Positions 9,415 through 19,723 of a stretch of DNA of 64,000 nucleotides are shown here, one piece after another. The notes under the pieces were generated by a model. That model had not been told where the DNA came from, made no database searches, and saw nothing but the letters and a program-made list of their open reading frames with translations. The position numbers were made by a program, and so were the translations under genes. This stretch comes from Ignavibacteria bacterium (GTDB lineage: Bacteria > Bacteroidota > Ignavibacteria > Kapaibacteriales > Kapaibacteriaceae). How positions within the stretch are numbered: the first letter of the stretch is position 1; the number at the start of each line of letters is the position of its first letter. The stretch lies in NCBI GenBank assembly GCA_947495975.1, contig CANMBE010000009.1, positions 14,560 through 78,559 on the forward strand. Reading direction: 5' to 3'.

Positions 9415-10295
9415 CGAATCAAGAACTACTCGCCGGCTTTCTGGATCGCTCATTGAGCGAAGAAGACCTACTCAAATTTGAAGAGCTCAAAAAAGCCTCT
9501 CCAGAATTCGCTAGCGAGGTGCAAGAAATGCTAGCCGTTGAAGAGCTCCTCACGGTTTCTGCTCCGCGTGTTCAATACCCAATTGCCTTCCTTGCAACCG
9601 TTGAATCATCCATCGCAGCCAAGGTTGCTGCTGGAGCAACAGCTATTGGTCTCGTAACATGGCTTGCGCATGGTGTGTGGACGTGGGTAGCTGGTGGTGC
9701 GGCTGCCGTTGTGATTGGTGGAGGTGCTCTCTATCTAGCAACCAACAATGAGGCAACACCTATAGCTCCATCGAAGGCAACCATCAAAGCAGCACCGCAC
9801 GCCTCTGAAAATCCATCGATTGAGTCTAACACTCCAACTGTTCCTGCGTTGGGACCAACACGGCAGCCACAGTTTAGAAACGCTGCCAAGCCAAATGCTC
9901 AATCAACATACTCATCCGGTTCTGAGATCAATGCCCAGATCACAGAGGCTACGGCTGTGATCGTTAGTCTTAAGGCTGATTATGAGAAGTGTTTGGAATC
10001 AAACGACAAGGTTCGCTGCGCACAAATCGCACTAAGCCTTGGTAGACAGCTTCGCAAAGAAGAAAAGAACGCTGAAGCACGCAAGTATCTTCTGGCCGCC
10101 GTACATCATGCCCGAACACTGAAGCTTGCCGTCTTTGAAATGGACGCTCATGGTGAGCTTGGCATGTTGGCAAAATCTGAAGGTGATGACCAGCGCGCTG
10201 CAACTTCATTCCGCAAAGCTGTTGAGATTGGACAGAGCAGCAATAAGAGTTCAAGCAAGTGGAACACGGAACTCGAGAACCTCGAACGACGCTAA
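9411..10295 (+). CDS. Putative transmembrane anti-sigma factor with C-terminal TPR-like domain
   Basis: ATGA overlap with the sigma gene; N-terminal LLAGFLDRSLSEED helix typical of anti-sigma domains; TM segment; Pro/Ala/Ser linker; helical TPR-like repeats. Confidence 0.7.
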   Translation: MTNQELLAGFLDRSLSEEDLLKFEELKKASPEFASEVQEMLAVEELLTVSAPRVQYPIAFLATVESSIAAKVAAGATAIGLVTWLAHGVWTWVAGGAAAVVIGGGALYLATNNEATPIAPSKATIKAAPHASENPSIESNTPTVPALGPTRQPQFRNAAKPNAQSTYSSGSEINAQITEATAVIVSLKADYEKCLESNDKVRCAQIALSLGRQLRKEEKNAEARKYLLAAVHHARTLKLAVFEMDAHGELGMLAKSEGDDQRAATSFRKAVEIGQSSNKSSSKWNTELENLERR

Positions 10296-10333
10296 TTCCG
10301 TGGTTGAGCTTTTTCTAGAACGGCGCACCACCC

Positions 10334-12352
10334 CTACGGTTGCCGTTCTTCTTTTATATACACTTCTGCACGCTGGTACAGTTCCTTTTCAGGACCAACA
10401 AGACCACGGCGAAACCAGGCAGCCGCATTGAGCGGTTTCGTATACACTGGCGCATCAGACTGTAAAAACTCTGCCTCGTCCGTTTCTGTTGCAGGATAAA
10501 ACTCAATGGATGTAAATGGCCCAGCACCGCTGAATAGCTCTGACTCTGGTGTTGATAGATAGTCTGGCGGATGAAGCCGTAGGATCTCAACACGTGAGGA
10601 CGGTACGCCACTTACGTCTGTCACGGATTGCGAACGCATGGCGATGCGGCCGGGCTCACTCCTTGTGCTAGCACCCTCTGTGTCCTCTAAACGAAGCTCA
10701 ACAAGAATCTGCTGAAGCAATACTGCATCAGCGTTGAGATTTTCATTCATGTTCCAAAGTATCATCGCTGGTACCGCACCTGTGTCTGCATATGTACGAA
10801 CTGACCTTCCGGCCTGAAACATGGTTATAGACCATTTGTTCATTCCAGCTTCACTCACAACATCGGGCATTATGCGCACGCGAGGTAGTCGTGTTTCGTT
10901 TTGTACAAAAGATGATGCTACGGGACGAATCAATCTCCGCGTTGGATCTACGATCATCACCCAGGGCAACGGTGAAGGTTGACCCTTTCGAACTTCAACG
11001 TTTATCCTCCGCGATGCAATTCCAAAAGATTGCATGAGATAACGTTGAACAGATTCAATACGGCGCAAAGCAAGTCCCTTACCAAACTCAGTACCATCAT
11101 CATACGCTAGCAACGTGCATGAAGCCGAGGGATTCACTTTTAAACGGAAGCCAATGACATTGAGAACATGATACTGCCAATGAACATTAGCATCAGTGAG
11201 CGCAGACGGCTCTTTCCATGATGCTGCACGTGATGATGAGAATTGAACGTAGCGTGCAGGCAATACCGAAGAAGAGTCATCAAAAATCACAAGAGGCATC
11301 ATTGGTACAGTTCTACTCAGGCGAACCCTCTGCGCATAAAGTTGTGCATCATCGCTCACGGATCCATCGTCATGCATAAATGCAAGACGAAGTGATCCAC
11401 GCAAAACAGAAGGGGGCTTGGGCAGCAATGTTCGGTAGCTCTCACGGACACGGATGCGAACGACGTTTCCATCGATTATAGAATCTGAGCGTGTTGATGT
11501 AAGCGAGGTGATTGCCTCTTTTACTTGCGTGCTTAAGTCCACCGTGGTGTCTCGCTCGATAGAAACAAGCCGCACTTGCTGCGGAGTTGTTTCTATCGGA
11601 TTATTCTCTTGGATTCCAAAGAGATAACGAAAACCAACTCCAAACGTAAATGATTGTGACTGCAGTGCGCCATCGATATTGACTGACGTTAACACACGTG
11701 AGTAGCCAACGTGAGGAACAAGAAAGAGATTGCGCGTTGTTGTGAGCGGCAACAAGCCCTCGAGATGTGCCTCTATCCCAGTGACAATCGCTGCACGATT
11801 TGGAATAGCCCCTTGACTTGTCATCTGTTCTGTACTGCCATCCACAAATGACAGTCCAGTTGGATCTATAAATCTTTGTGTCTGCGTGTAGTTATCAGAA
11901 ATGGGGAACCACAATGGAATTCCCACGGCGATTGCAAGCCATGAAAATGGCTCGTAGCGCACACGTGGTTCTGCAAGAAACATCACAACATCGGAGGTGA
12001 GCGAATGCTGTAGCGTAGCAAAAAAGACTTGACCCTGCTCTGTAGCGATTGGCACTCGCTCTGTGGCCGTGTAGGACATTGCAAGTGACCGAGCACCCAA
12101 TCGTGCACCCACACGAATATTCTCCAAGAGCGGAATATCTGCACCAACATGAAACCACCATCCAATGCTCGCAGTTGATGGAGAGAACAGCACGGACTCA
12201 GGTGAGGCAACACCTGGTATGGAGCCGAATGACCCGAGTGGCGCTTGAATGCCAACACCAACAGAAGCATCTACAGCAAGCGAAACTCGCTCCTGTTGTG
12301 CGCAAATATGAACGGAGGCAAGAGCCCACAAGAAAACAATTAACCGTAGCAT
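10334..12352 (-). CDS. Outer-membrane protein with N-terminal beta-barrel and OmpA-like domain
   Basis: Signal peptide HICA|Q; amphipathic strands ending FTFGVGFRYLF; OmpA-like VIFDDSSS...LALRRIESVQRYLMQSFGIASRRI. Confidence 0.65.
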   Translation of the reverse strand: MLRLIVFLWALASVHICAQQERVSLAVDASVGVGIQAPLGSFGSIPGVASPESVLFSPSTASIGWWFHVGADIPLLENIRVGARLGARSLAMSYTATERVPIATEQGQVFFATLQHSLTSDVVMFLAEPRVRYEPFSWLAIAVGIPLWFPISDNYTQTQRFIDPTGLSFVDGSTEQMTSQGAIPNRAAIVTGIEAHLEGLLPLTTTRNLFLVPHVGYSRVLTSVNIDGALQSQSFTFGVGFRYLFGIQENNPIETTPQQVRLVSIERDTTVDLSTQVKEAITSLTSTRSDSIIDGNVVRIRVRESYRTLLPKPPSVLRGSLRLAFMHDDGSVSDDAQLYAQRVRLSRTVPMMPLVIFDDSSSVLPARYVQFSSSRAASWKEPSALTDANVHWQYHVLNVIGFRLKVNPSASCTLLAYDDGTEFGKGLALRRIESVQRYLMQSFGIASRRINVEVRKGQPSPLPWVMIVDPTRRLIRPVASSFVQNETRLPRVRIMPDVVSEAGMNKWSITMFQAGRSVRTYADTGAVPAMILWNMNENLNADAVLLQQILVELRLEDTEGASTRSEPGRIAMRSQSVTDVSGVPSSRVEILRLHPPDYLSTPESELFSGAGPFTSIEFYPATETDEAEFLQSDAPVYTKPLNAAAWFRRGLVGPEKELYQRAEVYIKEERQP

Positions 12353-12367
12353 CGATGCAAAATAGGT

Positions 12368-14128
12368 CTACTGCACCACGAATAAGCGAACAACGCTATT
12401 GATTGTACCACCAGCTGCACCCTCAACTAAAAGTTGCGCGTAATATGAACCGGGTGCGAGTACGATATCGGCCAACCCTGATGAACTGATAGAAAATTCT
12501 CGTGACCCTGCCCGGAGAGCAGATGTGAGATCAACCCGTATCTGACCAAGGGCATCAATAACCACAAGCCGCCCCCCTTGGGTTGGAACATTGCGGATAT
12601 GAAGTGTGGATTGCGAGACAACGGGATTAGGATCCACGTCGGCCACCAATACGCCTTGAAGCGTATTTACATATCGTGGGCGCCCGTCCTGATAGCGCCA
12701 AACATTTGTGACGAGCACCATGGACGTAGTTGGCTGCAAGGTCTGTGTCTGATTGTCCTGGCGCGTAATAGCACATTTTGTAATCGATAATGGAGTACGG
12801 TCCGCATCGCCAAGCACAACTACAAATCTTGCCTGAGCAATTACTTGTACGTTGCTTCCAATAATCTTGGAGCCATTGAGCCCCGTTTCACCCAAATTGA
12901 GCACAGGCTGATCATCAACAACTGATCGCTGCTGCGTTCCTGTGAGAATAGGAACAAGCATTGTTGGATTGTAGGTGATGTCGCAAACGAATGACTCAAG
13001 TGCAAGTGGAAGGTCAATCGGATCTCGCGTGATTGCCATAACATCAAACAAAACCGTATCGCCGATGCGATGATAGAATGTGTCTGCTGTAAAACCCATT
13101 GATAACTGAATGGGGCGAGGCACCATGGTAACGTTCACAACAATAGTTGTTGAGTCTACAACAGCTTCACCAAAAGGTGAACGCAGAAGAACAAAGCCGT
13201 ATCTACTTTCAGCAAACGCTGTAGGAGCACATGTGAATTCTATGCGAATTCTCTGATCCTTTGTGGGTCCTGCAGACGATAAAAAGCGCGCCGAAACTAC
13301 ACCTTGCGTAATGTTTGGTTCAATGGAATACACAAATGATTTGTTGCGAGGAGCTACTGGTAGGTCTACCATGAGCGTGTCCTTGCGTGTAGCACCTACA
13401 ATCATTTTGTTAAAGACCACGATTTTCTCAGACGGCATACGAAGGCCAATACCATTGAAGTATACGTTGATCGTATCGAGTGGTTTACCATTTGATATAT
13501 GCAATCGAACCAACCCCACGGTGTCTGTAAAGGTACCTTCACGCTGGGGTTGAAAAACTAAACCAAATGCGAGAGAATCGCCGCCCACGAGCACTGGACC
13601 GTTACGATTTACAAGTTGGAATGGCTCATCAAGTGTACCAATGACCTGCCATCGTACGTTCTCGTTTAGTTCGGCTCGCACAATCACACGTCTGTTCGAA
13701 AGATCGCCTGTCAGAACTTCACCAAACTCTACTTTATCGGTTCTGTCCACACGAAAGGCCGTTCCGAACAAACGAATCCGAATAGTATCATTCGTTGGAA
13801 AAGTTGCGACTGTACGCCGAAGAACTATTTCGTCTTTAAATGATCCTGGAACGGTTGGCTCAAATGAAACCTTGATTCGTATCTCACCACCAGCGATCAC
13901 AAGATCCCTACGCTGCGTTGCCATGGTATATGGGCCGTCGCAACTATCTATCACAACATATTCGCCCAGACCAACGAGATTGCCAATGCGCACTTCTTTA
14001 TCTGCGCGTGCGCCAACAGGCAGCGGGGCAAAGCTCAGAGACTCTATGATTGGCCGGCCTGGCTGCGCATTCGCCAGAATTGGAAGCGTAAGCAGCAAGG
14101 CTAGAAATATGGTGGTTTTTATTCGCAT
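12368..14128 (-). CDS. T9SS cargo with Ig-like (ASH-like) repeats, a cohesin-like domain and a C-terminal sorting domain
   Basis: LANA|Q signal; repeated IRLFGTA/VYFNGIG Ig ends; IGDTVLFDV...SFVCDITYNPTML (cohesin-like); VDPNP...IDALGQ...GSYYAQL CTD. Confidence 0.7.
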   Translation of the reverse strand: MRIKTTIFLALLLTLPILANAQPGRPIIESLSFAPLPVGARADKEVRIGNLVGLGEYVVIDSCDGPYTMATQRRDLVIAGGEIRIKVSFEPTVPGSFKDEIVLRRTVATFPTNDTIRIRLFGTAFRVDRTDKVEFGEVLTGDLSNRRVIVRAELNENVRWQVIGTLDEPFQLVNRNGPVLVGGDSLAFGLVFQPQREGTFTDTVGLVRLHISNGKPLDTINVYFNGIGLRMPSEKIVVFNKMIVGATRKDTLMVDLPVAPRNKSFVYSIEPNITQGVVSARFLSSAGPTKDQRIRIEFTCAPTAFAESRYGFVLLRSPFGEAVVDSTTIVVNVTMVPRPIQLSMGFTADTFYHRIGDTVLFDVMAITRDPIDLPLALESFVCDITYNPTMLVPILTGTQQRSVVDDQPVLNLGETGLNGSKIIGSNVQVIAQARFVVVLGDADRTPLSITKCAITRQDNQTQTLQPTTSMVLVTNVWRYQDGRPRYVNTLQGVLVADVDPNPVVSQSTLHIRNVPTQGGRLVVIDALGQIRVDLTSALRAGSREFSISSSGLADIVLAPGSYYAQLLVEGAAGGTINSVVRLFVVQ

Positions 14129-14197
14129 CTGTGGTGTTATGAGAACCCAAAAAGGTGGATTCCGTTACAGTGTTGCTCTGTGGTATATAAACCTACA

Positions 14198-16261
14198 CTA
14201 TCGTGCTGAAACAATGCAGGTTTCACCGGTCCATTCCTGCTTAAAGACCTTACCCGTTCCCACGATCCGCACATTGAATCCGGCGGCATAGAGCACGGTA
14301 ATGGCTCGCCGCAGTGGGAACCCAATAACATCTGGACGCTGGCTAGCCCCCTGCTGAGGTTGTCCTTGAACATTTACACTGGTGCCACGCTCAATACGCG
14401 ATCCATTGGCAGGGTTTTGGCGCAAAATGAGCCCAGCGCCAGCGGTCATTTCTGCACGAAGACCAAGCCGGCGAAGAACGCTATCCGCCGTGGAAAGTCC
14501 AAGGCCGCGCACGTCTGGCACAATAACCGTGTCAACCTCGGATGAAGCAGCAATACGTTGTTGCGTAACGGCATCGAGCTGCAACATCGTCATGGTCTTT
14601 TGGACAATTCTTCGGAAGATCGGAGCGGCTGTGGTGCCCCCATAGATGCTGGTGATTGGTCGGTCTAGCATAACGATCATCGCTACACGGGGCTTATCAG
14701 CCGGATAAAATCCAACAAAGGATGCGGTGTAGTTCTGCTTTCCATACTGGCCTAGCGTTAGTTGTTGCGCCGTGCCTGTCTTACCCGCGATACGCACACC
14801 AGATATGCGAGCCTCTTGTCCGGTACCTCGTTCTACAACGCCAACAAGCATATCTGTTAAGATTCTGGCCGTTTCAACACTAACAACTCGACGAATCTGT
14901 TGAGGTGCAATAGCAACATCCACATCGCCATCAGTGGTGAGAATGCCCTTTACAACATGCGGTTGCATGAGTATGCCACCATTTGCTATCGCTGCGTAAG
15001 CATCTAAGACCTGTAGCGCGGTTGCACTTATGCCGTAACCAAACGACATGAATTGCTTTGTAGAGGGTCCAAATTCATTCGGCCGCTTCAGTCTACCTCG
15101 TACTTCTCCAGGCAGATCAATGCCACTTGCAATTCCAAAACCAAAATCACGAACGTATTTATAAAACACACGATCGTGGAGCTGCTCCGCCAAGGTCGCG
15201 AACACCACGTTTGAAGATTGTTCTAGTGCACCACGAAATGTTGTTTGCCCAACAGGGTGGTCATCAGTGATAACGGCGCCCCCTGCCATCTTCAGCACAC
15301 CATTTAACCCATTCACTTTATCATCGGCCGCAAGCTTACGCTCTTCTAACAATGCAGCAGCCGTTATGGCCTTCATTGTGGAGCCAGGCTCATATTGATC
15401 GGTAACGGAACGAATACGAATTGCATCATCGGTAGCGGTGTTGAGTCGGTTTGGATTGAATGACGGAAAGGAAGCCATGGCCAGAATCTCGCCTGTTGCG
15501 GGTTCTATGGCTATTACTGTACCTGAAACAGCACCTGCATCTCGGACACCCCGCGCGAGTTCTTGTTCGGCCACCCGCTGAAGTTCCAGGTCGATTGTGA
15601 GTTGTAGACCCTGACCATTTCGTGGTGCTTCGCGCTCCGGATCTACACCCGGGCGAAGTCTGCCTCGTCCATCTCTTTGCATCACAACAAAACCACTCTG
15701 CCCGCGCAGTATGCCGTCATAGTGTAGCTCTAAGCCTGTTAGACCGTTGTTGTCCACGTCTGTGGTGCCAATGAGCTGAGCAGCAAGCGGACCATGAGTA
15801 AAGGACCTCTTCGGTTCTTTCACACGGATAAGCCCCCTATCACGAATGGTATCGAGCACAGGAAACATTACCGTATTTACTCCACGTGCAAGCCACACAA
15901 ACCTGCCTTGTGCGTTACGAAGACGATCGAGGTACACCTGTGCAGATTCCTCTGCTGCTGCTGAGAGCAACTGCGCACACATCTCGGGATGTTCAATCAT
16001 TGTTGGGTCGGCAGCAAAAGACGTGGTCTTCATCATCGTTGCGAGGTCTCGCATCTGCCTGTCTACAAGTCTCCCGCGTTCTGCGCGCAGTGGCACTCTG
16101 CTTTCATATTGCTTCTTCGCCAGATCTCTATACTTAGCACCTTCTACAACCTGAACCCAAAACAGTCTACCGATAACGATGGTGAATGCGAAAGAAAAGA
16201 CGAGCGTTAAGAGGCCCGACTTCCATCGAATAGGTTCGTATGACTGCACATCAATATTCAC
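14198..16261 (-). CDS. ftsI: Penicillin-binding protein FtsI/PBP3 with two PASTA domains
   Basis: RGRLVDR, YEPGSTMKAIT (SxxK), SSN (SxN), KTGTAQ, C-terminal VPDVRGL and RPDVIG PASTA repeats. Confidence 0.92.
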   Translation of the reverse strand: MNIDVQSYEPIRWKSGLLTLVFSFAFTIVIGRLFWVQVVEGAKYRDLAKKQYESRVPLRAERGRLVDRQMRDLATMMKTTSFAADPTMIEHPEMCAQLLSAAAEESAQVYLDRLRNAQGRFVWLARGVNTVMFPVLDTIRDRGLIRVKEPKRSFTHGPLAAQLIGTTDVDNNGLTGLELHYDGILRGQSGFVVMQRDGRGRLRPGVDPEREAPRNGQGLQLTIDLELQRVAEQELARGVRDAGAVSGTVIAIEPATGEILAMASFPSFNPNRLNTATDDAIRIRSVTDQYEPGSTMKAITAAALLEERKLAADDKVNGLNGVLKMAGGAVITDDHPVGQTTFRGALEQSSNVVFATLAEQLHDRVFYKYVRDFGFGIASGIDLPGEVRGRLKRPNEFGPSTKQFMSFGYGISATALQVLDAYAAIANGGILMQPHVVKGILTTDGDVDVAIAPQQIRRVVSVETARILTDMLVGVVERGTGQEARISGVRIAGKTGTAQQLTLGQYGKQNYTASFVGFYPADKPRVAMIVMLDRPITSIYGGTTAAPIFRRIVQKTMTMLQLDAVTQQRIAASSEVDTVIVPDVRGLGLSTADSVLRRLGLRAEMTAGAGLILRQNPANGSRIERGTSVNVQGQPQQGASQRPDVIGFPLRRAITVLYAAGFNVRIVGTGKVFKQEWTGETCIVSAR

Positions 16262-16575
16262 CGTGACGTTTTCTCTTCTAACACCGTTGGTGCCTGCGGT
16301 GGAGGTATCAATCCGAGTTGTTCCTGCGCAATACGTGTTATGCGGTCGGCTGATTGCAGTCTATAGGACTCAGTGCGCAAGCTTTCATTTACCGTACGCA
16401 AAGAATCGATTCTTCGTTGAAGTACATCGGATTCAACAAGTAGCTTCTTAACACCAATCACGTTGCTTACATACAACACTGTTGACATGGCACTCACAAA
16501 GACAAGCGCAAAGATGCTCCAACGGTTAAGGAGACTGCGTTGCTGTACAATCGCGGTTGGCTCCTTGGCTTCCAT
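16258..16575 (-). CDS. ftsL: Cell division protein FtsL
   Basis: Short cytoplasmic N-terminus, one TM, coiled coil, RITRIAQEQLGL; GTGA overlap with ftsI. Confidence 0.8.
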   Translation of the reverse strand: MEAKEPTAIVQQRSLLNRWSIFALVFVSAMSTVLYVSNVIGVKKLLVESDVLQRRIDSLRTVNESLRTESYRLQSADRITRIAQEQLGLIPPPQAPTVLEEKTSR

Positions 16576-18653
16576 TAGCGTACCTCGGCTCCTGATCCAA
16601 CCACGCTATCAGTAGGCACTACAAGTGTAAGTACGCCATCCGAATTGGTGGCAGCAAGTACCATGCCTTGCGATTCCATCCCCATGAGTTTCGCTGGTTT
16701 CAGATTTGCCACAACTACAATGGTCTTTCCGATCATCTCTTCTGGTGTGTAGTGCTTTGCGATGCCTGCAAGAATCTGTCTACGCTCTGTACCAACGTCT
16801 ACTTGCAGCTTCAACAACTTCTCTGACTTCGGCACTCGCTCGGCTTCAACTACAACCGCAGTCCTCAGTTTGATCTTTGAGAAATCATCAATTGTAATCA
16901 TATCATCAACCACAGCATCAACAACTGTATCAACAACAAGTTTTTCTACCTCGCGCTCAACCACGTTGTTCTCCACTTTTGTAAATAATATTGTTGGCGT
17001 GGTAAGGGGCACTCCAGCCGCTACCTGAAATTCATGGGAGTGAGACCATACATCTACTCCAATGGAGTTTTGCTTAGGAGCTCCAACAGACACATCAACA
17101 GATAACATACTCTGCATCGTAGCAGATGCCACGGGGCAGAATGGAGCAAACACAATTGATAACGTGCGAATTGCTTGTAGACACACAAACATTGTGGCAG
17201 CACAATCTTGTGGATCGCTCGCTATCGTCTTCCATGGTGCTTTATCGTTGAAGTATTTATTTGCTGCGCGCGCAATATTCATTGCACCTGTTGCTGCGTC
17301 CCTAAACCTATATGCATCAAGATTCATCCCCACTGCGTTGTTACCATCACGCAGCGCATCGAGAAGAACTTGCTCGTGTGGGCCATACTCAAAACCATCT
17401 GGCAATGCAGGTACAACGCTGTTAAAATTCTTCTGAACAAATAGCATTACACGGTTAACATAGTTACCAAGAATCGCTGCTAGTTCATTATTTGTTCGTG
17501 CTTGATAATCTTTCCACGTAAAGTCACTGTCCCTTGTTTCTGGCATGTTCATGGTAAGCACGTAGCGCACTATGTCTTTGTGCTGTGGCTCGGGGAATGC
17601 CTCAACATATTGATTCACATCAATAGCCCAGTCTCTGCTCTTTGAGAACTTCTTGCCCTCGAGGTTGAGGAATTCATTCGCTGGCACATTCTTGGGAAGG
17701 ATATATCCTTCTGCTGACCGTGTGCTAAGGAGAATTGGAAAGATGATCGTGTGAAACACGATGTTATCTTTTCCGAGGAAGGCTGTATACTCCGTATTCG
17801 AATCGCACCACCACCGTTTCCAGTCTTCGGGTTTCCCTTCGTTCATAGCCCACTGCTTGGTGATGGAGATATATCCAAGCACAGCTTCAAACCACACGTA
17901 GAGCACTTTGCCTTCAGCATGTTCAACAGGTATTGGGATGCCCCATTTCATGTCTCGGGTTGCCGATCGTTCAGCAAGACCTTGTTTTAGCCATGATCTA
18001 CTTTGCTGTAGAACGTTATCCTTCCAGTGGCCGGCGTGCGACTCAATGTATTCTTCACACCATTGCTGAAATGCATCGAGGCGGAAATACCAATGTTTCG
18101 TCTTGCGAACTACAGGAGCCTTTCCACTCACAAGAGAACGAGGATTCTTAAGATCTAGCTGATCGTAATACGCTCCACAATTGTCGCACTGATCTCCGCG
18201 GGCCTTATCGTATCCACAATTTGGACACACTCCTTCTACGTAACGATCTGGCAGGAACAACTGAGATTCATTGTCATAGAACTGATCTGCTTCTCGTTCT
18301 ACTAGAAGCCCCTTATCTAGCCATACCGTAAAGAATTCTTGCGCTGTTGCTGTATGAATTGGATTAGACGTTCGGTCATAAAGATCAAACTCAATATCGA
18401 GCGACTTCAATGCACATGCATTTGCTTCATGATATCGATTGATGACAACACGAGGAGTAACGCCCTCTTTTTCTGCAGCAATTGTAATGGCAACACCATG
18501 TTCGTCAGAACCGCAAAGGGCTAACGTGTCGCGTCCACGTAGTCTGCAATAGCGTGCATAGATATCTGCAGGCAGCGTTGAACCAACAACATTGCCAAGG
18601 TGCGTAACCCCGCTTGCATACGGTAGTGCCGATGTAATCAGATATCGTTTCAC
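16575..18653 (-). CDS. metG: Methionine--tRNA ligase with C-terminal tRNA-binding domain
   Basis: TSALPYA..HLGN, CPNC..ARGDQCDNC, YVWFEA, GKDNIVFH, KFSKS, C-terminal KLLKLQVDVG...GMESQGM. Confidence 0.98.
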   Translation of the reverse strand: MKRYLITSALPYASGVTHLGNVVGSTLPADIYARYCRLRGRDTLALCGSDEHGVAITIAAEKEGVTPRVVINRYHEANACALKSLDIEFDLYDRTSNPIHTATAQEFFTVWLDKGLLVEREADQFYDNESQLFLPDRYVEGVCPNCGYDKARGDQCDNCGAYYDQLDLKNPRSLVSGKAPVVRKTKHWYFRLDAFQQWCEEYIESHAGHWKDNVLQQSRSWLKQGLAERSATRDMKWGIPIPVEHAEGKVLYVWFEAVLGYISITKQWAMNEGKPEDWKRWWCDSNTEYTAFLGKDNIVFHTIIFPILLSTRSAEGYILPKNVPANEFLNLEGKKFSKSRDWAIDVNQYVEAFPEPQHKDIVRYVLTMNMPETRDSDFTWKDYQARTNNELAAILGNYVNRVMLFVQKNFNSVVPALPDGFEYGPHEQVLLDALRDGNNAVGMNLDAYRFRDAATGAMNIARAANKYFNDKAPWKTIASDPQDCAATMFVCLQAIRTLSIVFAPFCPVASATMQSMLSVDVSVGAPKQNSIGVDVWSHSHEFQVAAGVPLTTPTILFTKVENNVVEREVEKLVVDTVVDAVVDDMITIDDFSKIKLRTAVVVEAERVPKSEKLLKLQVDVGTERRQILAGIAKHYTPEEMIGKTIVVVANLKPAKLMGMESQGMVLAATNSDGVLTLVVPTDSVVGSGAEVR

Positions 18654-18682
18654 AGGTTCATCGTTTTTTGCGTTAGGAAGCT

Positions 18683-19234
18683 TTACTCGAACATGACAAT
18701 ATCAGTAGCTATGCGAGTAGCTGTTGTATCATCGGTTAGTTTGCGAATGAGTGCCAAGGAAAATTCAAATGCTGTACCTGCACCCCTACTTGTAATAATG
18801 CGACCATCGGATGCAACCCGATCAAGCGTATACGTGTATGGAGCAAGCACGTTTGCGATGGAAGGATGGGATGTAACTACTACACGCGCTGGAAGAAGTC
18901 CATATTCGTGCAACACCATTGGTGCAGCACAGATCGCTCCGATGAGCCCCTTTTGAGAAACATGACGCTCAAGAATTTGTTCGAGAGCGTGATTGTTAAT
19001 GAAGTTTGATACGCCTTGCTCGCCTCCCGGTAGGACAATGGCATCATAATGGTGATCATCATGGATATCATCAATGTGCACGTCTGGTACAATTCTTACG
19101 CCCCGAGAGCACACCACGATGTCTCCTTCGCCTGCTACAGTAACATCTAACGATGCACGCCGCAGCATATCGATGATGATGACGGCTTCCATTTCTTCAG
19201 TGCCATTGGCAATAGGGACAAGAACTTTCTTCAT
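18683..19234 (-). CDS. DJ-1/ThiJ/YajL family glyoxalase/deglycase
   Basis: GTEEMEAV, DMLRRA, LPGG, AICAAP (catalytic Cys), ITSRGAGTA. Confidence 0.92.
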   Translation of the reverse strand: MKKVLVPIANGTEEMEAVIIIDMLRRASLDVTVAGEGDIVVCSRGVRIVPDVHIDDIHDDHHYDAIVLPGGEQGVSNFINNHALEQILERHVSQKGLIGAICAAPMVLHEYGLLPARVVVTSHPSIANVLAPYTYTLDRVASDGRIITSRGAGTAFEFSLALIRKLTDDTTATRIATDIVMFE

Positions 19235-19237
19235 GGG

Positions 19238-19720
19238 TTAGTCTTTATGCCCTGTCTCTGCGCCAACTGGGATTGCGGGTTGCGATCCAAGATCAGGTCG
19301 TCTAATTTTTCCACCTTCGTGTGCTGTAAGTCCAATCTGTATGGATGCACCTAAGGCAATCACAACAAACAGAGTTGAAATTAGTGGAGCAAGAGACATC
19401 GCCTTCCACTGAGTGAACAATGCAATGCACGCTATCGCTGCTGTTGCGAGTATGATCCACAATGAAAGTTGTGCCATGTCTTCATGCGACTCGATTACAT
19501 TCTCGCTAACACCGGCAATATTCTCAACACGATCTTCAGCACCTTCACCAGTCAGGTACGTAGGCACAACGGCTAATGCCATGACAACGTACACTGCGAG
19601 ACCCGTCATTCTAACAGCGTTGATTTTCATCACAAGGCCAATGATCACAACAAGCAGTGCTGCAAGTGTTCCAATAACGGGAACATGATTAAAAAGTAGG
19701 TGAATCTGTAGCTCGTCCAT
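19238..19720 (-). CDS. DUF2231-like 4-TM membrane protein
   Basis: HLLFNHVPV, YLTGEGAE, SHED and AHEGGKIR pattern with four hydrophobic helices. Confidence 0.6.
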   Translation of the reverse strand: MDELQIHLLFNHVPVIGTLAALLVVIIGLVMKINAVRMTGLAVYVVMALAVVPTYLTGEGAEDRVENIAGVSENVIESHEDMAQLSLWIILATAAIACIALFTQWKAMSLAPLISTLFVVIALGASIQIGLTAHEGGKIRRPDLGSQPAIPVGAETGHKD

Positions 19721-19723
19721 GAT

